Positions 19,763 to 32,030 are shown, counted from the first letter of the stretch. The stretch: 64,000 nucleotides of DNA from Nitrospirota bacterium (GCA_963751455.1 CAVVUN010000015.1:928001-992000), one strand, 5' to 3'. The notes: generated by a model from the letters alone, not told the origin. Numbers and translations: made by a program.

Positions 19763-20738
19763 CATGGCTGGCCGCCTCTGCAAGATGAATTACCGGAAGC
19801 TTAGTATATGCCTCGAATGCGGCGCGGTCGTCGAGATGCTCGACCACGATACGGTCGCACGCGCGGCCCTCGAGCAGCCAGTGGACCTGGTCCTCAACGG
19901 AAACCGCAGCTGCGATTCCCTCACGATGCTGGTAACACGATGCCCCCGTGGGGGTCGCTACCCGGTGGAGATCGAGATTCATACTGCAGCCGGTTTCGCG
20001 GCGGATTCCATCGTAGAGCTGCATCGCTTCCCGTCGTGCATTATACGCGCGCGTTTCAATCATCAGGAAATCACGTGGCCTCAGACTTGAACGCACTCGC
20101 GAGTTTTCGAGCAACACAGGCCCTAATGCGCGCAGGGCGATTGAAGGCGGGAGGTGAGGACGCAAGAGGTTGAATAGCAGCCCATCGGCTACGATAATCT
20201 CAGACGCCTTCATCAGAGAGGTCATGAAGGAATGGAAGTGTTTATCTGATGGAACATGGCCTGACTCGAGCATAAGCCAAGGATCGTGACCATCCTCCGC
20301 CGCACAAATGACAGGTCTCCCGGATTGTTCCAGGAGATGCAGTACAATTTCGAGCAGGGCTCTATGCTTGGAAAGCGCCGGGCCGGCAAGCAGGAGCCTG
20401 GTTCGGTCGGCTTCGCGGGCAGCGGGCCGTTTTGCAGGAAAGACCACGGATGGCATCAGCCCTTTTTTCGCAAGACGCCGGCGCAATACGAGCGTTGCCT
20501 GCTGGGTCCGGATGCCTGTCGGACAGAGGCTTTCACAGGAGCCGCACAAAATGCAGGCTTGCGCAGAGGCTGCAAGTTCCTCTTCGGCGGCCCCGCCAAT
20601 GGCTGCGCGGTTTCTCCCGCAGAACGTAAGAGCGTGGGTATGGTGCTGCCTCCATACCGGGCAGGAAAGCAGGCCCACCCCGCATCCGTTGCACTCGGCA
20701 GGGGAGGGTTTGAGGGACATATCTATATAGCGCTTCAT
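19758..20738 (-). CDS. 4Fe-4S dicluster protein with a degenerate CCG-like C-terminus
   Basis: CNGCGVGLLSCP and CILCGSCESLCP; ends PVIHLAE as in GlcF-like proteins. Confidence 0.8.
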   Translation of the reverse strand: MKRYIDMSLKPSPAECNGCGVGLLSCPVWRQHHTHALTFCGRNRAAIGGAAEEELAASAQACILCGSCESLCPTGIRTQQATLVLRRRLAKKGLMPSVVFPAKRPAAREADRTRLLLAGPALSKHRALLEIVLHLLEQSGRPVICAAEDGHDPWLMLESGHVPSDKHFHSFMTSLMKASEIIVADGLLFNLLRPHLPPSIALRALGPVLLENSRVRSSLRPRDFLMIETRAYNARREAMQLYDGIRRETGCSMNLDLHRVATPTGASCYQHREGIAAAVSVEDQVHWLLEGRACDRIVVEHLDDRAAFEAYTKLPVIHLAEAASHA

Positions 20739-20763
20739 GGGAGACACTCTCTTGGTACACCTT

Positions 20764-20948
20764 TTATCCACAGATTACGCAGATATCGCAGATAAAACCA
20801 CACTGTATTTAGTTTTTTGTAATGATCGTTGACTGCTATGAAGAAAAAGTCAGATCTTTTTAATATGAAATTCTCTCAGCGCTCTTTGCATACTCTGCGA
20901 TTAATTATTCTTTATATAATCTGCGTCATCTGCGTAATCTGCGGATAA
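20764..20948. repeat. 9-mer-repeat inverted-repeat hairpin
   Basis: TTATCCACAGATTACGCAGAT ... ATCTGCGTAATCTGCGGATAA (1 mismatch in 21). Confidence 0.88.
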
Positions 20949-20971
20949 TGCTTATCAAGATTCTGTGTTTC

Positions 20972-22399
20972 TCAAAATATCGTATCCCGGTTCAGGATCA
21001 TATTCGGGTCAACCTGTCTTTTCATGGCCAGGTGCGTGTCCACGAGCGCATCTCCGAAGACCCTGCGGATGTAGCCTTTCATCATGCCCCCGAACCGGTA
21101 ATAACTCGTTCCCAGGTCAACGCCGATGTCATAGATTTCATTTTTGAACGACTGCAGGTGGTCCCTGCTGTAGGCGCGGCCTTCGAGCATGGGCTCGAAC
21201 TCGCATCCGTAAGCAATCCCCTCGGCATCAGGCGGAATGCAGGAAAGCTCGTAGCGCTCCCGGGGGCCGATCAGCTTTATGCCCACGCAATAAAGCGTGT
21301 AATGCGGAAAGTATTTCTTGCAGACTTTGTTTCCGCGCAGCACGGCCTCGATAAATTTCGCGCGGCTTGTTGCGAGGTCCGGGATGACCATCTGCCTTCC
21401 GCCCCAGAATTTCCAGACCGCGTTCGAGAAGACTACGCTGCGGTCCACGATCTTGCCGTTGTCAATATGGTGCGGCGGCTTGAGCGCGGGCATCAAAGTC
21501 CGCTTTCTGTCGAGCAGATAGAGCGCTTCCCTGAATTTCCATGGCCTCATGAGATAATGGAAACCCGTGCGCACGGCGAACCCTGTTTCTCCGAATCCCC
21601 GTATCCTGGAGCGCCACGTCTCAAAAAACTTCTTCTCCCGCTCGTCCGAATCAAAGGCGACGAGCAGATTGACTGCCCGGTCAAGCATGGTAAGGATACC
21701 CATGTAATCCGCTGCATCCTCCTCGCTCACCATGACCAGATCTTCCATTGCCGTACGCAGGTCGCCGTAATAAAAATAGTGCATGCTGAGCGGCGTGTAT
21801 GGCCTGATCCGGAGCGTAGCTTCGGTGATCACGCCGAACTGGCCGTATCCGAGCAGCACCCTATTGAACCACCAGGCATTTTCCCGTTCGGAACACTCCA
21901 GCATCTCCCCTGTGGGTGTCACAATTCTTAACGAAAGGGCCTGGTCTGCGCTGCAGCCCAGGCGGGGAGAATTAATGTCAATACCTCCTACATTGAGCGT
22001 GCCTCCAACAGAGGAGGTCAGGTTCAGGGGCGCGGAGAGATAATCGAGATTGTGTCTCCGGAGGGATTCGGCCAGGGAGTGCCAGTAAATGCCGGCCTCT
22101 GTCCGGACGGTAAGGTTCTCCTTGTCGATTGAAAGAACACGGCTCATTCCGCGCATGTCGAGCTGCAACCCGCCGAACGAGACCGTTTCTCCTTCAGTCG
22201 TGAGCCCGCCGCCCCGCGCGGTGATTGGCACGCAATGTTTCTGTGCCGCTTTCATGACCAGGGCGACCATCTCGCTCGACCTCGCAATCAGAAGGCCGTG
22301 CGGCATGCCGTAGGCCATCCCGCCTGCGTCCGTAATCGAGAGAGAGCGAGAAGAACGCAGTTCGTCGATGTTGACGCCTGCCCCGGCGAGATCCGCCAC
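20972..22399 (-). CDS. FAD-binding (VAO/PCMH family) oxidoreductase; true start may be CTG at 22543
   Basis: PITARGGG, SSVGGTL, GYGQFGVITEATL, C-terminal KRQVDPNMILN. Confidence 0.88.
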   Translation of the reverse strand: MADLAGAGVNIDELRSSRSLSITDAGGMAYGMPHGLLIARSSEMVALVMKAAQKHCVPITARGGGLTTEGETVSFGGLQLDMRGMSRVLSIDKENLTVRTEAGIYWHSLAESLRRHNLDYLSAPLNLTSSVGGTLNVGGIDINSPRLGCSADQALSLRIVTPTGEMLECSERENAWWFNRVLLGYGQFGVITEATLRIRPYTPLSMHYFYYGDLRTAMEDLVMVSEEDAADYMGILTMLDRAVNLLVAFDSDEREKKFFETWRSRIRGFGETGFAVRTGFHYLMRPWKFREALYLLDRKRTLMPALKPPHHIDNGKIVDRSVVFSNAVWKFWGGRQMVIPDLATSRAKFIEAVLRGNKVCKKYFPHYTLYCVGIKLIGPRERYELSCIPPDAEGIAYGCEFEPMLEGRAYSRDHLQSFKNEIYDIGVDLGTSYYRFGGMMKGYIRRVFGDALVDTHLAMKRQVDPNMILNRDTIF

Positions 22400-22732
22400 A
22401 AACGCGGACCAGTTCTCTCCGGTCCACCTGGAGGGATTGGTCTGCTGCCTCGGTATTCCGCAGAGGGCTTCTTTACCTACGGGGCAGGGAGGGATGTCGC
22501 CCGGCGCGGGGCGGGGAAAATCGTAAGCTTCGTTGGTTTTCAGGGTGCTTTCCTCTTTTTGTCAGCTGATGATTTAGCTCCGGCCAAGATGCATGGTTCA
22601 AGAAGGAATGGAGCTAACGTTGATTGATGTCCGTTTGATTATACGGTTGTGAAGTTTATTGTCAAGAGTTCCCTGGATTCAATGTTGCATGCTTCAGGAA
22701 TGCGCGACGTGCTGCGCTTTTACAACAGCCTG

Positions 22733-24355
22733 CTAGAGGAGTTTATAAATCAGTTCATTCTCCGAATAGTCGATCGGCACATCGATTATGACAGGGACCT
22801 CTCGGGTCAGCGCCTCTTTTAGCAGGGGTTCAAAGTCTTGGGCTGTTTTGAGCCTCAGACCGACTGCGCCGAAGCCTTCGGCAACCTTGACGAAATCGGG
22901 GTTCGTAAAATCGACGCCGTATGAGGTGCCGAACTTTTTCATGGATTTCCATTTGATCAGGTTGTAGCTGCTGTCGTTGAAGACGATGATGGCCATGTTC
23001 AACTTCATCCGGACTGCGGTCTCGAGGTCCTGCAGGTTCATCAGGAAACCTCCGTCGCCGGAGAGGGCTACGACCTTGCGGCCAGGATGAACGAGTTTGG
23101 CCACGATCGCGGTAGGAAGGGAAAAGCCCATGGATGCAAAGCCGTTGGACATGATGAACGTATTATTGTTATAGACCGGGTAAAATTTCGCCGCCCAGAA
23201 TTTGCATGTGCCCACATCCGAAACAAGAATATCAGAATCGCCGAGCACCTTTCTGATGCCGTACAGGACCTGCGGAGGACGGACCGGCCAGGTCTTCTGA
23301 GTTCCTATGCGTTCGAATTCGTCCCGGAAATTGCTGTGGAGATCGATCGCGCACTGGCTCTTTTTGTTGGTGCTCAACATGCCCTGGAGGAGATCGAGGC
23401 TCTCCCGGATGTCCGAAACGATTTCCACTTCCGGCACGTAATGAAGATCGACCTCGCTCGAAGTAAAGTCGATATGAATGATCTGTTTGTTCAGTTTCGG
23501 GTTCCAGTTCCTGGGCGCATATTCGACAAGGCCGTACCCGAGGGCGATGATGAGGTCGGCCCGGCTGAACACATCTTCGATCTGGCGGTCGTTCGCAAGT
23601 CCGAGGGAGCCGATACAGGACGGGCTCTTGGCGCTGACTGCGCCTTTGCCCATGAAAGTGGTTACCACGGGGATGCAAAGCATCTCGGCAAACTGCTGGA
23701 GCTGTACGTTCGCTGCCTTGCGAACGACGCCGTGGCCCGCAAGGATGACAGGAAACGCCGCTGCCTCTATCAGGTCCGCCGCCTTTCTGAGGGACTGCCG
23801 GTCAGGAGAGCTTCTTCGGGCCCTGATTGGCGGAATCATCGCGGCATACATCTCGTATGCGGTCATGGAGGCGATGTTTTCGGGGAGTTCCAGGTGTGTG
23901 GGGCCCGGTTTCTCCGATTCAGCGAGCTTAAAGGCCTTTCGGACCATCTCGGGGATCACTTCCGGCGTCTCAATCCGGCCGTTCCACTTGGTCACGCTCT
24001 CGCACATGTCCACGATATTGATGTACTGGTGCGATTCCTTGTGTATCCTTTTGAGGTCCGCTTGCCCGGTTATGGCGACCAGCGGAGAAGCATCCAGAAA
24101 CGCATCTCCTACGCCGGTCAGTATATTTGTGGCTCCCGGTCCGAGCGTGGACATGCAGACGCCTGCCTTTCCGGTCAACCTGCCGTAGGCGTCCGCCATA
24201 AAGGCTGCAGCCTGTTCGTGGCGGGTGAGGACGAATTTTATTTTCGAAGTCCTGAGCGACTCCATGAGGTCGAGCGTTTCTTCGCCGGGAATGCCGAAGA
24301 TATACTCGACCCCCTCATTTTCGAGACATTTCACAAGCAGGTCGGATGCTTTCAC
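22733..24355 (-). CDS. Acetolactate synthase large subunit (ThDP enzyme)
   Basis: IFGIPGEE, RHEQAAAFMA, GDGGFLMN...N ThDP motif; GGAGG RBS. Confidence 0.94.
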   Translation of the reverse strand: MKASDLLVKCLENEGVEYIFGIPGEETLDLMESLRTSKIKFVLTRHEQAAAFMADAYGRLTGKAGVCMSTLGPGATNILTGVGDAFLDASPLVAITGQADLKRIHKESHQYINIVDMCESVTKWNGRIETPEVIPEMVRKAFKLAESEKPGPTHLELPENIASMTAYEMYAAMIPPIRARRSSPDRQSLRKAADLIEAAAFPVILAGHGVVRKAANVQLQQFAEMLCIPVVTTFMGKGAVSAKSPSCIGSLGLANDRQIEDVFSRADLIIALGYGLVEYAPRNWNPKLNKQIIHIDFTSSEVDLHYVPEVEIVSDIRESLDLLQGMLSTNKKSQCAIDLHSNFRDEFERIGTQKTWPVRPPQVLYGIRKVLGDSDILVSDVGTCKFWAAKFYPVYNNNTFIMSNGFASMGFSLPTAIVAKLVHPGRKVVALSGDGGFLMNLQDLETAVRMKLNMAIIVFNDSSYNLIKWKSMKKFGTSYGVDFTNPDFVKVAEGFGAVGLRLKTAQDFEPLLKEALTREVPVIIDVPIDYSENELIYKLL

Positions 24356-24560
24356 GAATGCGATACCTCCAAAGAATCAAAATCCATTCTCACACGAAGG
24401 ACGGAGGCGTGAGTGCACGGTGCGGCTTCGTGTGGAAAACCGTGTATAAGATCATAATTTGTATCATTGTCCGAGGCCAATGCCTAGCATAATAGTACTT
24501 CATTGTTTCCAAAAACGCATGCGGTATTCTTTGACTTAGGAACTGTCTTAAAATTTTAAA

Positions 24561-24605
24561 TGCAAAACCTTGCCTGCAACTATTTGCAAAGTGAAAATTC
24601 TTGCA
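24561..24605. promoter_or_regulatory. Three TGCA-N6-TGCA-like palindromes, putative enhancer sites
   Basis: TGCAAAACCTTGCC, TGCAACTATTTGCA and TGAAAATTCTTGCA, 90-130 bp upstream of the sigma54 site. Confidence 0.6.
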
Positions 24606-24693
24606 TGAACATATTATACTATGTAAACTGTATCCTTCCTTTCAATTACTGTTCTTTCAGCTACTTACTTTTTTTATTTTCGTTGCACTGTTT

Positions 24694-24709
24694 TGGAACG
24701 ATACTTGCT
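24694..24709 (+). promoter_or_regulatory. Sigma54 promoter of the prp operon
   Basis: TGGAACG-ATAC-TTGCT with GG-N10-GC spacing. Confidence 0.8.
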
Positions 24710-24754
24710 CTCTATAAATATGCATTAAGTATTCCGAACGGAGGAGGATATAGC

Positions 24755-25642
24755 ATGACGAAAGCAATCTCAGCAGGCGCCCGTTTTCGGGCCGCTGTCA
24801 AGGAAGAGAAACCCCTGCAGGTCGTCGGCGCGATCAACGCCTATGCCGCAAGGCTCGCGGAGCGGAGCGGTTTCAAGGCGCTTTACGTCTCGGGCGGCGG
24901 GGTTGCTGCGAGCTCCCTGGGCGTTCCCGATCTCGGCATCAGCACCATGGACGATGTAGTGACTGATGTGCGGCGGATCACCGATATCACGAACCTGCCG
25001 GTGCTGGTTGACATAGACACCGGCTGGGGCGGCGCCTTCAACATCGCGCGCGCGATCAAATCGATGATCAAGGCGGGAGCAGCAGCTGTCCATATTGAAG
25101 ACCAGGTGCAGGCAAAGCGCTGCGGCCACCGGCCCGGCAAAGCGATCGTGTCCAGGGAGGAAATGGTTGACCGCATCAAGGCCGCGGTCGACGCGTCGAC
25201 TGATCCTGAATTCGTTATCATGGCGAGAACGGACGCCCTTGCCGTGGAAGGGCTCGAAGCGGCCATTGAACGGGCAGTAGCCTGCGTTGAGGCCGGTGCG
25301 GATATGATATTCCCGGAGGCGATGACCGACCTGGCAATGTATAAAAAATTTTCCCAGGCGGTCAAGGTTCCCATCCTCGCGAACATCACCGAATTCGGGT
25401 CCACGCCGCTGTATTCCGTGAAAGAGCTCCGGAGTGCAGACGTTTCGCTCGTGCTCTATCCCCTCTCAGCGTTTCGCGCAATGAGCAAGGCGGCGCTTGA
25501 CGTGTACGGCGCGATCCGCAAAGAAGGGACCCAGAAAAACGTGGTGAACCTCATGCAGACCCGGGCCGACCTCTACGGTTACCTCGATTACCATGCTTTC
25601 GAAGAAAAGCTCGATAAAATATTTACCAAGGAGGACAAATAA
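24755..25642 (+). CDS. prpB: 2-methylisocitrate lyase
   Basis: SGGGVAA, DIDTG, KRCGHR active-site motif; GGAGG RBS. Confidence 0.96.
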   Translation: MTKAISAGARFRAAVKEEKPLQVVGAINAYAARLAERSGFKALYVSGGGVAASSLGVPDLGISTMDDVVTDVRRITDITNLPVLVDIDTGWGGAFNIARAIKSMIKAGAAAVHIEDQVQAKRCGHRPGKAIVSREEMVDRIKAAVDASTDPEFVIMARTDALAVEGLEAAIERAVACVEAGADMIFPEAMTDLAMYKKFSQAVKVPILANITEFGSTPLYSVKELRSADVSLVLYPLSAFRAMSKAALDVYGAIRKEGTQKNVVNLMQTRADLYGYLDYHAFEEKLDKIFTKEDK

Positions 25643-25643
25643 T

Positions 25644-26813
25644 ATGAGCAGCGACACTCTTACTGCGACTCCGCCCGCAGCGCCGAAAGTAAAAAAGTCC
25701 GTCGCCCTCTCGGGCGTCATAGCGGGAAACTCCGCGGTCTGTACCGTGGGCCGGACCGGGAACGATCTTCATTATCGGGGCTATGACATCGTGGAGCTTG
25801 CAAAACAGTCCACGTTCGAGGAAGTTTCCTATCTTCTGATCCATGGCGAATTGCCGACAATATCGGCTCTCAAGGACTATAAAAAGAAATTGAAAAATCT
25901 GCGCGGCCTGCCTGCCCAGGTGAAGACCGTGCTCGAACTTATCCCCGCATCGGCCCATCCGATGGACGTGCTGCGCACCGGCTGCTCGATACTCGGCAAT
26001 GTGCTGCCTGAGAAGGAAGACCAGAACATCCCGGCAGCCAAGGACATAATGGACCGCCTGATCTCCTCCTTCGGGTCCATGCTGCTCTACTGGTGGCACT
26101 TCAGCCAGAACGGACGCAGGATCGAGGTCGAAACCGACGACGATACCGTTGCCGGACATTTTCTGCACCTGCTGCACGGCAGGAAGCCGTCGCCGCTTCA
26201 TGAAAAAGCTCTCGATCAGTCCCTGATCCTTTACGCGGAACACGAGTTCACCGCATCGACGTTTACCGCCCGCGTGATTGCCGGCACACTGTCGGATGCC
26301 TACTCGGCAATCGGCGGAGCAATCGGCGCGCTGCGCGGGCCGAAGCACGGCGGCGCTAACGAAGCTGCCCACGAAATCCAGAGACGCTACGGCTCACCAG
26401 ACGAGGCTGAAGCGGACATCATGGCGCGGGTGGCAAGAAAAGAGATCATCATCGGGTTTGGACATCCGGTATACACCGTGAGCGATCCCAGGAACCAGAC
26501 CATCAAGTCAATCGCAAGGGGCCTTTGCGAAGACGGCGACAATATGAATCTCTTTAATGTTGCCGACCGTATCGAAGCGGTCATGAAGCGGGAAAAGAAC
26601 ATGTTCTCCAATCTCGACTGGTATTCCTCCGTGACCTACCATATGCTCGGCGTGCCGACCTCCCTGTTCACGCCCATCTTCGTGATCTCGCGAACCACGG
26701 GATGGGGCGCGCATGTGATCGAGCAGCGGCTGGATAACAAGATCATCCGGCCGTCGGCCAACTACACCGGTCCGGAAGACCGGAAATATGTGCCGATGAA
26801 GGAAAGGAAGTAA
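25644..26813 (+). CDS. prpC: 2-methylcitrate synthase
   Basis: [39 protein letters not shown]. Confidence 0.95.
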   Translation: MSSDTLTATPPAAPKVKKSVALSGVIAGNSAVCTVGRTGNDLHYRGYDIVELAKQSTFEEVSYLLIHGELPTISALKDYKKKLKNLRGLPAQVKTVLELIPASAHPMDVLRTGCSILGNVLPEKEDQNIPAAKDIMDRLISSFGSMLLYWWHFSQNGRRIEVETDDDTVAGHFLHLLHGRKPSPLHEKALDQSLILYAEHEFTASTFTARVIAGTLSDAYSAIGGAIGALRGPKHGGANEAAHEIQRRYGSPDEAEADIMARVARKEIIIGFGHPVYTVSDPRNQTIKSIARGLCEDGDNMNLFNVADRIEAVMKREKNMFSNLDWYSSVTYHMLGVPTSLFTPIFVISRTTGWGAHVIEQRLDNKIIRPSANYTGPEDRKYVPMKERK

Positions 26814-26915
26814 AAAGAGAAGGATGAAGTAAGAAGGAAGAAGTAAGAAGGTAGAGGGACGAAATACGAAATATGCTACATCTCATACTATAATTAGAAA
26901 CCGAAAGGTGAACAC

Positions 26916-28367
26916 ATGAGCTCTCACATCTCCAATGTCCGGCCTGACCCTGATAAGGTGCTGGTCGACATCGCCAACTACGTTTCCGACTACGAGATCA
27001 AATCCTCTGAGGCGTTCGAGACCTCCCGGTACTGCCTGATCGATACACTGGGCTGCGGGCTCGAAGCGCTTGCCTATCCCGCCTGCACGAAGCTCCTCGG
27101 GCCGATCGTCCCGGGAACCGTCGTGCCTCATGGCGCAAAGGTGCCGGGCACGCAATTTCAGCTCGACCCTGTTCAGGCGGCCTTTAATATCGGCGCCATG
27201 GTCCGCTGGCTCGATTTCAACGACACTTGGCTTGCCGCCGAATGGGGACACCCCTCCGACAACCTGGGCGGCATTCTTGCCACCGCAGATTGGATGTCCC
27301 GCACCAGGCTTGCTGCAGGTAAAGGACCGCTTGCAATGAAGACGGTGCTCGAGGCCATGATAAAGGCCCACGAGATACAGGGCGTTATTGCACTAGAGAA
27401 CGCCTTCAACCGCGTCGGTCTCGATCACGTAGTCCTGGTCAAGGTCGCCTCCGCTGCGGTATGCGCCCGGCTGATGGACGGCACCAGAGAAGAGATCATT
27501 AACGCGGTGTCACAGGCTTTTGTCGACGGCCAATCGCTTCGCACGTACCGTCATGCGCCGAACACCGGCTCGCGGAAATCCTGGGCTGCAGGAGACGCTA
27601 CAAGCCGCGCTGTTCGCCTGGCCCTCTTTTCTCTGAAAGGCGAGATGGGTATCCCGGGCGTGCTTACCGCCAAGGGGTGGGGTTTTTATGACGCGCTTTT
27701 CAGGGGGAATGAATTCAAATTCCAGCGTCCCTACGGATCGTATGTCATGGAGCAGGTGCTCTTCAAGATCTCGTTCCCGGCTGAATTCCATTCCCAGACC
27801 GCAGTCGAATGCGCAATGACGCTGCATAACACTTTGAAGGCAAAAGGCAAGACAACCGATGATATCAAAAGGATATCCATCCGGACCCACGAGGCTGCGA
27901 TACGGATCATCGACAAGAAAGGGCCTCTCAATAACCCGGCGGACCGTGACCACTGCATTCAATACATGGTCGCCGTGCCGCTCATTTTTGGAAGGCTCAC
28001 TGCTGCAGACTACGAAGACAGCGTCGCTGCAGACCCGAGAATCGACGCGCTTCGTGATAAGATCCAATGCGTCGAAGACCCGCAATTTACAAAGGATTAC
28101 CATGACCCGGACAAGCGTTCCATTGCCAATGCCTTGACCGTGGAGTTGAAAGACGGGACGACGCTTCCCGAGATTGTTGTCGAGTATCCCATTGGTCACC
28201 GGCGCCGCAGAAAAGAAGGGATGCCGGTCCTGGTCGAGAAATTCAAGACGAACCTTGCGCGCAGGTTTCCGGCAAAGCAGCAAAAAGCGATCCTGGACGT
28301 CAGCCTCGACCAGAAGAAACTGGAAGCAACGCCGGTTAATGAGTACGTTGATCTTTTTGTGATTTAA
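26916..28367 (+). CDS. prpD: 2-methylcitrate dehydratase
   Basis: [30 protein letters not shown]. Confidence 0.97.
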   Translation: MSSHISNVRPDPDKVLVDIANYVSDYEIKSSEAFETSRYCLIDTLGCGLEALAYPACTKLLGPIVPGTVVPHGAKVPGTQFQLDPVQAAFNIGAMVRWLDFNDTWLAAEWGHPSDNLGGILATADWMSRTRLAAGKGPLAMKTVLEAMIKAHEIQGVIALENAFNRVGLDHVVLVKVASAAVCARLMDGTREEIINAVSQAFVDGQSLRTYRHAPNTGSRKSWAAGDATSRAVRLALFSLKGEMGIPGVLTAKGWGFYDALFRGNEFKFQRPYGSYVMEQVLFKISFPAEFHSQTAVECAMTLHNTLKAKGKTTDDIKRISIRTHEAAIRIIDKKGPLNNPADRDHCIQYMVAVPLIFGRLTAADYEDSVAADPRIDALRDKIQCVEDPQFTKDYHDPDKRSIANALTVELKDGTTLPEIVVEYPIGHRRRRKEGMPVLVEKFKTNLARRFPAKQQKAILDVSLDQKKLEATPVNEYVDLFVI

Positions 28368-28520
28368 CTGAAAGACCAAAAGCAATTTTCAAGCAAAGAC
28401 GCAAAGACGCCAAGAAACAAGTTAAACAAGAATTAAGACTTTCTTTGCGGCTCTGCGGCTTTGCGAGAGACAGCTTTGTTTGCTGTCTGTTTTCGCTATT
28501 TCTCACTTAAAAAAAAGAAT

Positions 28521-31217
28521 ATGAGCCATAACCTCTATAACACTCTCCGAGAATTCGATGCGGGAAACGGAAAAAAAGGGAAACTCTATTCCCTGCCCGA
28601 GCTCGAAAACGCGGGGATCGCAAAAATTTCCCGTCTTCCCGTTTCCATCCGCATCGTTCTTGAATCCGTGCTCCGCAATTACGACGGCAAAAAGATCACC
28701 GTGGAGCATGTAAAACAGCTTGCAGCCTGGTCTCCGCAGTGTGCGCGCACTCGGGAAATCCCCTTTGTTGTCGCACGAATCCTGCTCCAGGATTTTACCG
28801 GCGTGCCCCTCCTCTGCGACCTCGCTGCGATGCGCAACGCAGCTCTGCGAATGCGCAAAAATCCGGGCGTCATAGAACCGCTCGTTCCCGTGGACCTGGT
28901 CGTGGACCACTCGGTCCAGATCGACTCGTATGGAAACCCGGATGCGCTGCGGAAAAACATGGAGTTGGAATTTAAACGGAACCGCGAGCGGTATGAATTT
29001 CTGAAGTGGGGCATGAATACGTTTCATACCTTCAAGGTTGTGCCGCCCGGCATCGGTATCGTGCACCAGGTGAACCTTGAATATCTTGCCCGGGGAGTTC
29101 ATCAGAAAAACGGTCTCTATTATCCTGACACCCTCGTTGGCACAGACAGCCACACTACGATGATCAACGGTATTGGTGTTGTCGGCTGGGGCGTGGGAGG
29201 CATCGAAGCGGAGGCCGGCATGCTGGGCCAGCCGCTCTACTTCCTCACTCCGGATGTTGTCGGAGTCAACCTTACCGGGAAACTCCGAGAGGGGGTCACC
29301 GCGACCGACCTTGTACTGACTGTCACGGAACTGCTGCGCAAGAATAAGGTTGTGGGGGCATTTGTGGAGTTCTTCGGATCGGGCACCGAGTCGCTCAGCG
29401 TGCCGGACCGGGCCACAGTCGCTAATATGGCGCCTGAATACGGAGCAACCATGGGCTTTTTCCCGGTGGACGATGTCGCCATGGATTATTTCCGCGGCAG
29501 CGGCCGCACTCCTGATGAAATTGCCGCGTGCAAGGCGTACTATAAAACGCAGGCTCTGTATGGTATTCCCAAAGCAGGCCAGATCGATTATTCGCGAACG
29601 CTCGACCTCGACCTCTCAACGATCACGCCCTCTGTTGCCGGGCCGAAGCGGCCGCAGGACCGGATAGAGCTCCCGAGACTGAAGGACAGGTTTATTGAAT
29701 TATTAGTCAAGCCGGCAGCGGAAAACGGCTTTGCAAAAAAGGCAGCGGACCTTTTCGCACGCGTCAAGATAAAAGACGGCCTCGATGTCGGCTCCGGCGA
29801 TGTGATCATCGCTGCCATTACCTCCTGCACGAACACATCCAACCCCTCGGTTCTTTTAGCTGCCGGCCTGCTTGCGAAAAAGGCGGTGGAGAAAGGCCTG
29901 ACGGTCAATAAAAAAGTAAAAACGTCGCTTGCTCCCGGATCGCGCGTAGTAACCGAGTATCTGCAGAAAGCCGGGCTGCTGTCCTCCCTCGAGCAGCTCG
30001 GTTTTTGTGTTTCTGCCTATGGCTGTACGACCTGTATCGGGAATTCCGGTCCCCTGGATGAAGCAGTTGAGAATGCTATTGTTAAGAATGACCTTGTCTG
30101 CGCTTCGGTGCTTTCGGGCAACCGGAACTTCGAGGCCAGGATCCATCCGAACATCCGTGCCAACTTCCTGATGAGCCCGCCCCTCGTAGTTGCCTTTGCC
30201 ATTGCCGGCACCGTGCTCTGGAATCCGGAGAACGAGCCGGTTGGCATTGCAAAAGACGGAAGTAAAGTGTACTTGAGAGAGATCTGGCCGAGCAGCTCTG
30301 AAGTCGCTTCACTCATGAAATACGCCGCCGATCCCGGCACGTTCCAGCGTCTGTATTCCGATCTTGCTAAAGACCATGTGTTATGGAACAGCGTCTCCGC
30401 TGTTTCGGACGAAGTGTATCCGTGGCCGAAATCGACGTACATCGCGGAGCCGCCGTTTTTCAAGGACTTTGCAATGGAAACCCCGGCACCCGGAAATATT
30501 CTCGGCGCCAGGATACTCGGCATTTTCGGAGACTCACTCACTACCGACCACATCAGTCCTGCGGGTTCCATCAAGGAGTCTTCACCTGCCGGAAAATATC
30601 TGAACGGGAGCGGGGTAGCCAAAACAGACTTCCAGAGCTACGGCACCCGCAGGGGCAATCATGAAGTTATGATTCGCGGCACGTTTGGCAACGTTCGAAT
30701 CAGGAACCAGATGCTGCCTCCGCAGGAAGACGGCACACGCGTAGAGGGCGGAGTCACGCTGTTTCAACCCGTGCGCGAGCGAATGTCCATTTATGACGCA
30801 GCTATGAAATACATGGCGCAGGGCACGCCCACAATCGTCTTCGGCGGGGAGGAATACGGCACTGGATCATCCAGGGATTGGGCCGCGAAAGGGACGCTTC
30901 TCCTCGGAGTAAGGTCGGTTATCGCGAAAAGCTTTGAACGGATACATCGCTCGAACCTGGTCGGAATGGGGGTCTTGCCGCTGCAGTTCAAAGGCAATGA
31001 TTCAGTTCAGTCGCTCCGTATCGATGGCGATGAAGCCTTCGACGTACTGGGATTGCGCGAGCTCAAACCGCAGCAGGATGTGACCCTGGTTATCAAGCGC
31101 AGTGACGGCACAAGACAAGAGGTCCTGCTGCTGTCGCGCATCGACACGCCTATAGAAGTCGACTATTATCTACACGGCGGAATATTGCCGTATGTGCTGC
31201 GGGAGCTTTTGAAATAG
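28521..31217 (+). CDS. acnA: Aconitate hydratase A
   Basis: [46 protein letters not shown]. Confidence 0.96.
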   Translation: MSHNLYNTLREFDAGNGKKGKLYSLPELENAGIAKISRLPVSIRIVLESVLRNYDGKKITVEHVKQLAAWSPQCARTREIPFVVARILLQDFTGVPLLCDLAAMRNAALRMRKNPGVIEPLVPVDLVVDHSVQIDSYGNPDALRKNMELEFKRNRERYEFLKWGMNTFHTFKVVPPGIGIVHQVNLEYLARGVHQKNGLYYPDTLVGTDSHTTMINGIGVVGWGVGGIEAEAGMLGQPLYFLTPDVVGVNLTGKLREGVTATDLVLTVTELLRKNKVVGAFVEFFGSGTESLSVPDRATVANMAPEYGATMGFFPVDDVAMDYFRGSGRTPDEIAACKAYYKTQALYGIPKAGQIDYSRTLDLDLSTITPSVAGPKRPQDRIELPRLKDRFIELLVKPAAENGFAKKAADLFARVKIKDGLDVGSGDVIIAAITSCTNTSNPSVLLAAGLLAKKAVEKGLTVNKKVKTSLAPGSRVVTEYLQKAGLLSSLEQLGFCVSAYGCTTCIGNSGPLDEAVENAIVKNDLVCASVLSGNRNFEARIHPNIRANFLMSPPLVVAFAIAGTVLWNPENEPVGIAKDGSKVYLREIWPSSSEVASLMKYAADPGTFQRLYSDLAKDHVLWNSVSAVSDEVYPWPKSTYIAEPPFFKDFAMETPAPGNILGARILGIFGDSLTTDHISPAGSIKESSPAGKYLNGSGVAKTDFQSYGTRRGNHEVMIRGTFGNVRIRNQMLPPQEDGTRVEGGVTLFQPVRERMSIYDAAMKYMAQGTPTIVFGGEEYGTGSSRDWAAKGTLLLGVRSVIAKSFERIHRSNLVGMGVLPLQFKGNDSVQSLRIDGDEAFDVLGLRELKPQQDVTLVIKRSDGTRQEVLLLSRIDTPIEVDYYLHGGILPYVLRELLK

Positions 31218-31351
31218 GCGGCCAAGGCCGCTAATTTCAAAGTCAAATTTAAAATTGCAAATTGCAAAATGCAAATGTGCGGTATGGCCCCAGGCCATGA
31301 TCACTAATTTTAAATTTTGCACTTTGCAATGCTAAAGGAAGTCAAAAGACA

Positions 31352-32026
31352 ATGCGATTCCTGAGTAACCCTATAGGAAGGAAACTGGTAATGGCGGCCT
31401 CCGGGTTTTCCATGATCGCCTTCGTGCTGGTGCATCCGCTCGGAAATGCTTCCCTCTATTACGGTCCTGACGGCATAAATGCCTACGCAAAGGCGCTTCA
31501 CAGCTTTCCTCCTGCTGTCTGGGCTTTCCGCATTGTCATGCTCGGTCTTTTTAGCCTGCATTTTTTCTATGGCACGCAGCTCAGCCTCGAGAACAGCGCT
31601 GCAAAGCCGGAGGCATATGCGGTAAAGAAAAGCATCAGTTCAACGTTTGCGTCACGGAACATGATCTGGACAGGGGTTGTAATAGCCTCATTCCTCATTT
31701 TTCATTTGTTGCACTTCACGTTTCAGGTCATTTATCCGGAGTTCTCCGCCGGCACCCGCGCGGACATACTCGGCCGTCCGGACGTATTCACCATGGTCAT
31801 CAAGAGCTTCGACCACGCGTCGATTGTCGCACTGTACATAGTCGGCGTTTTTGCGCTGGGGCTTCACCTGTTTCACGGCATCGAAAGCTCGATTCAGACG
31901 CTCGGCTTGAATAATGAACATACCCTGCCAATCGTTGTCAAGGCCGGGGTAACCGCGTCTGCCATTCTGTTCCTTGCATATGCGGCGATTCCGGTTGCGG
32001 TATTTGCCGGAATATTTAATAAATAA
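31352..32026 (+). CDS. sdhC: Succinate dehydrogenase/fumarate reductase cytochrome b subunit
   Basis: IGRKLVMA, about 5 TM helices with heme-ligand His residues; operon context. Confidence 0.92.
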   Translation: MRFLSNPIGRKLVMAASGFSMIAFVLVHPLGNASLYYGPDGINAYAKALHSFPPAVWAFRIVMLGLFSLHFFYGTQLSLENSAAKPEAYAVKKSISSTFASRNMIWTGVVIASFLIFHLLHFTFQVIYPEFSAGTRADILGRPDVFTMVIKSFDHASIVALYIVGVFALGLHLFHGIESSIQTLGLNNEHTLPIVVKAGVTASAILFLAYAAIPVAVFAGIFNK

Positions 32027-32030
32027 AAAT

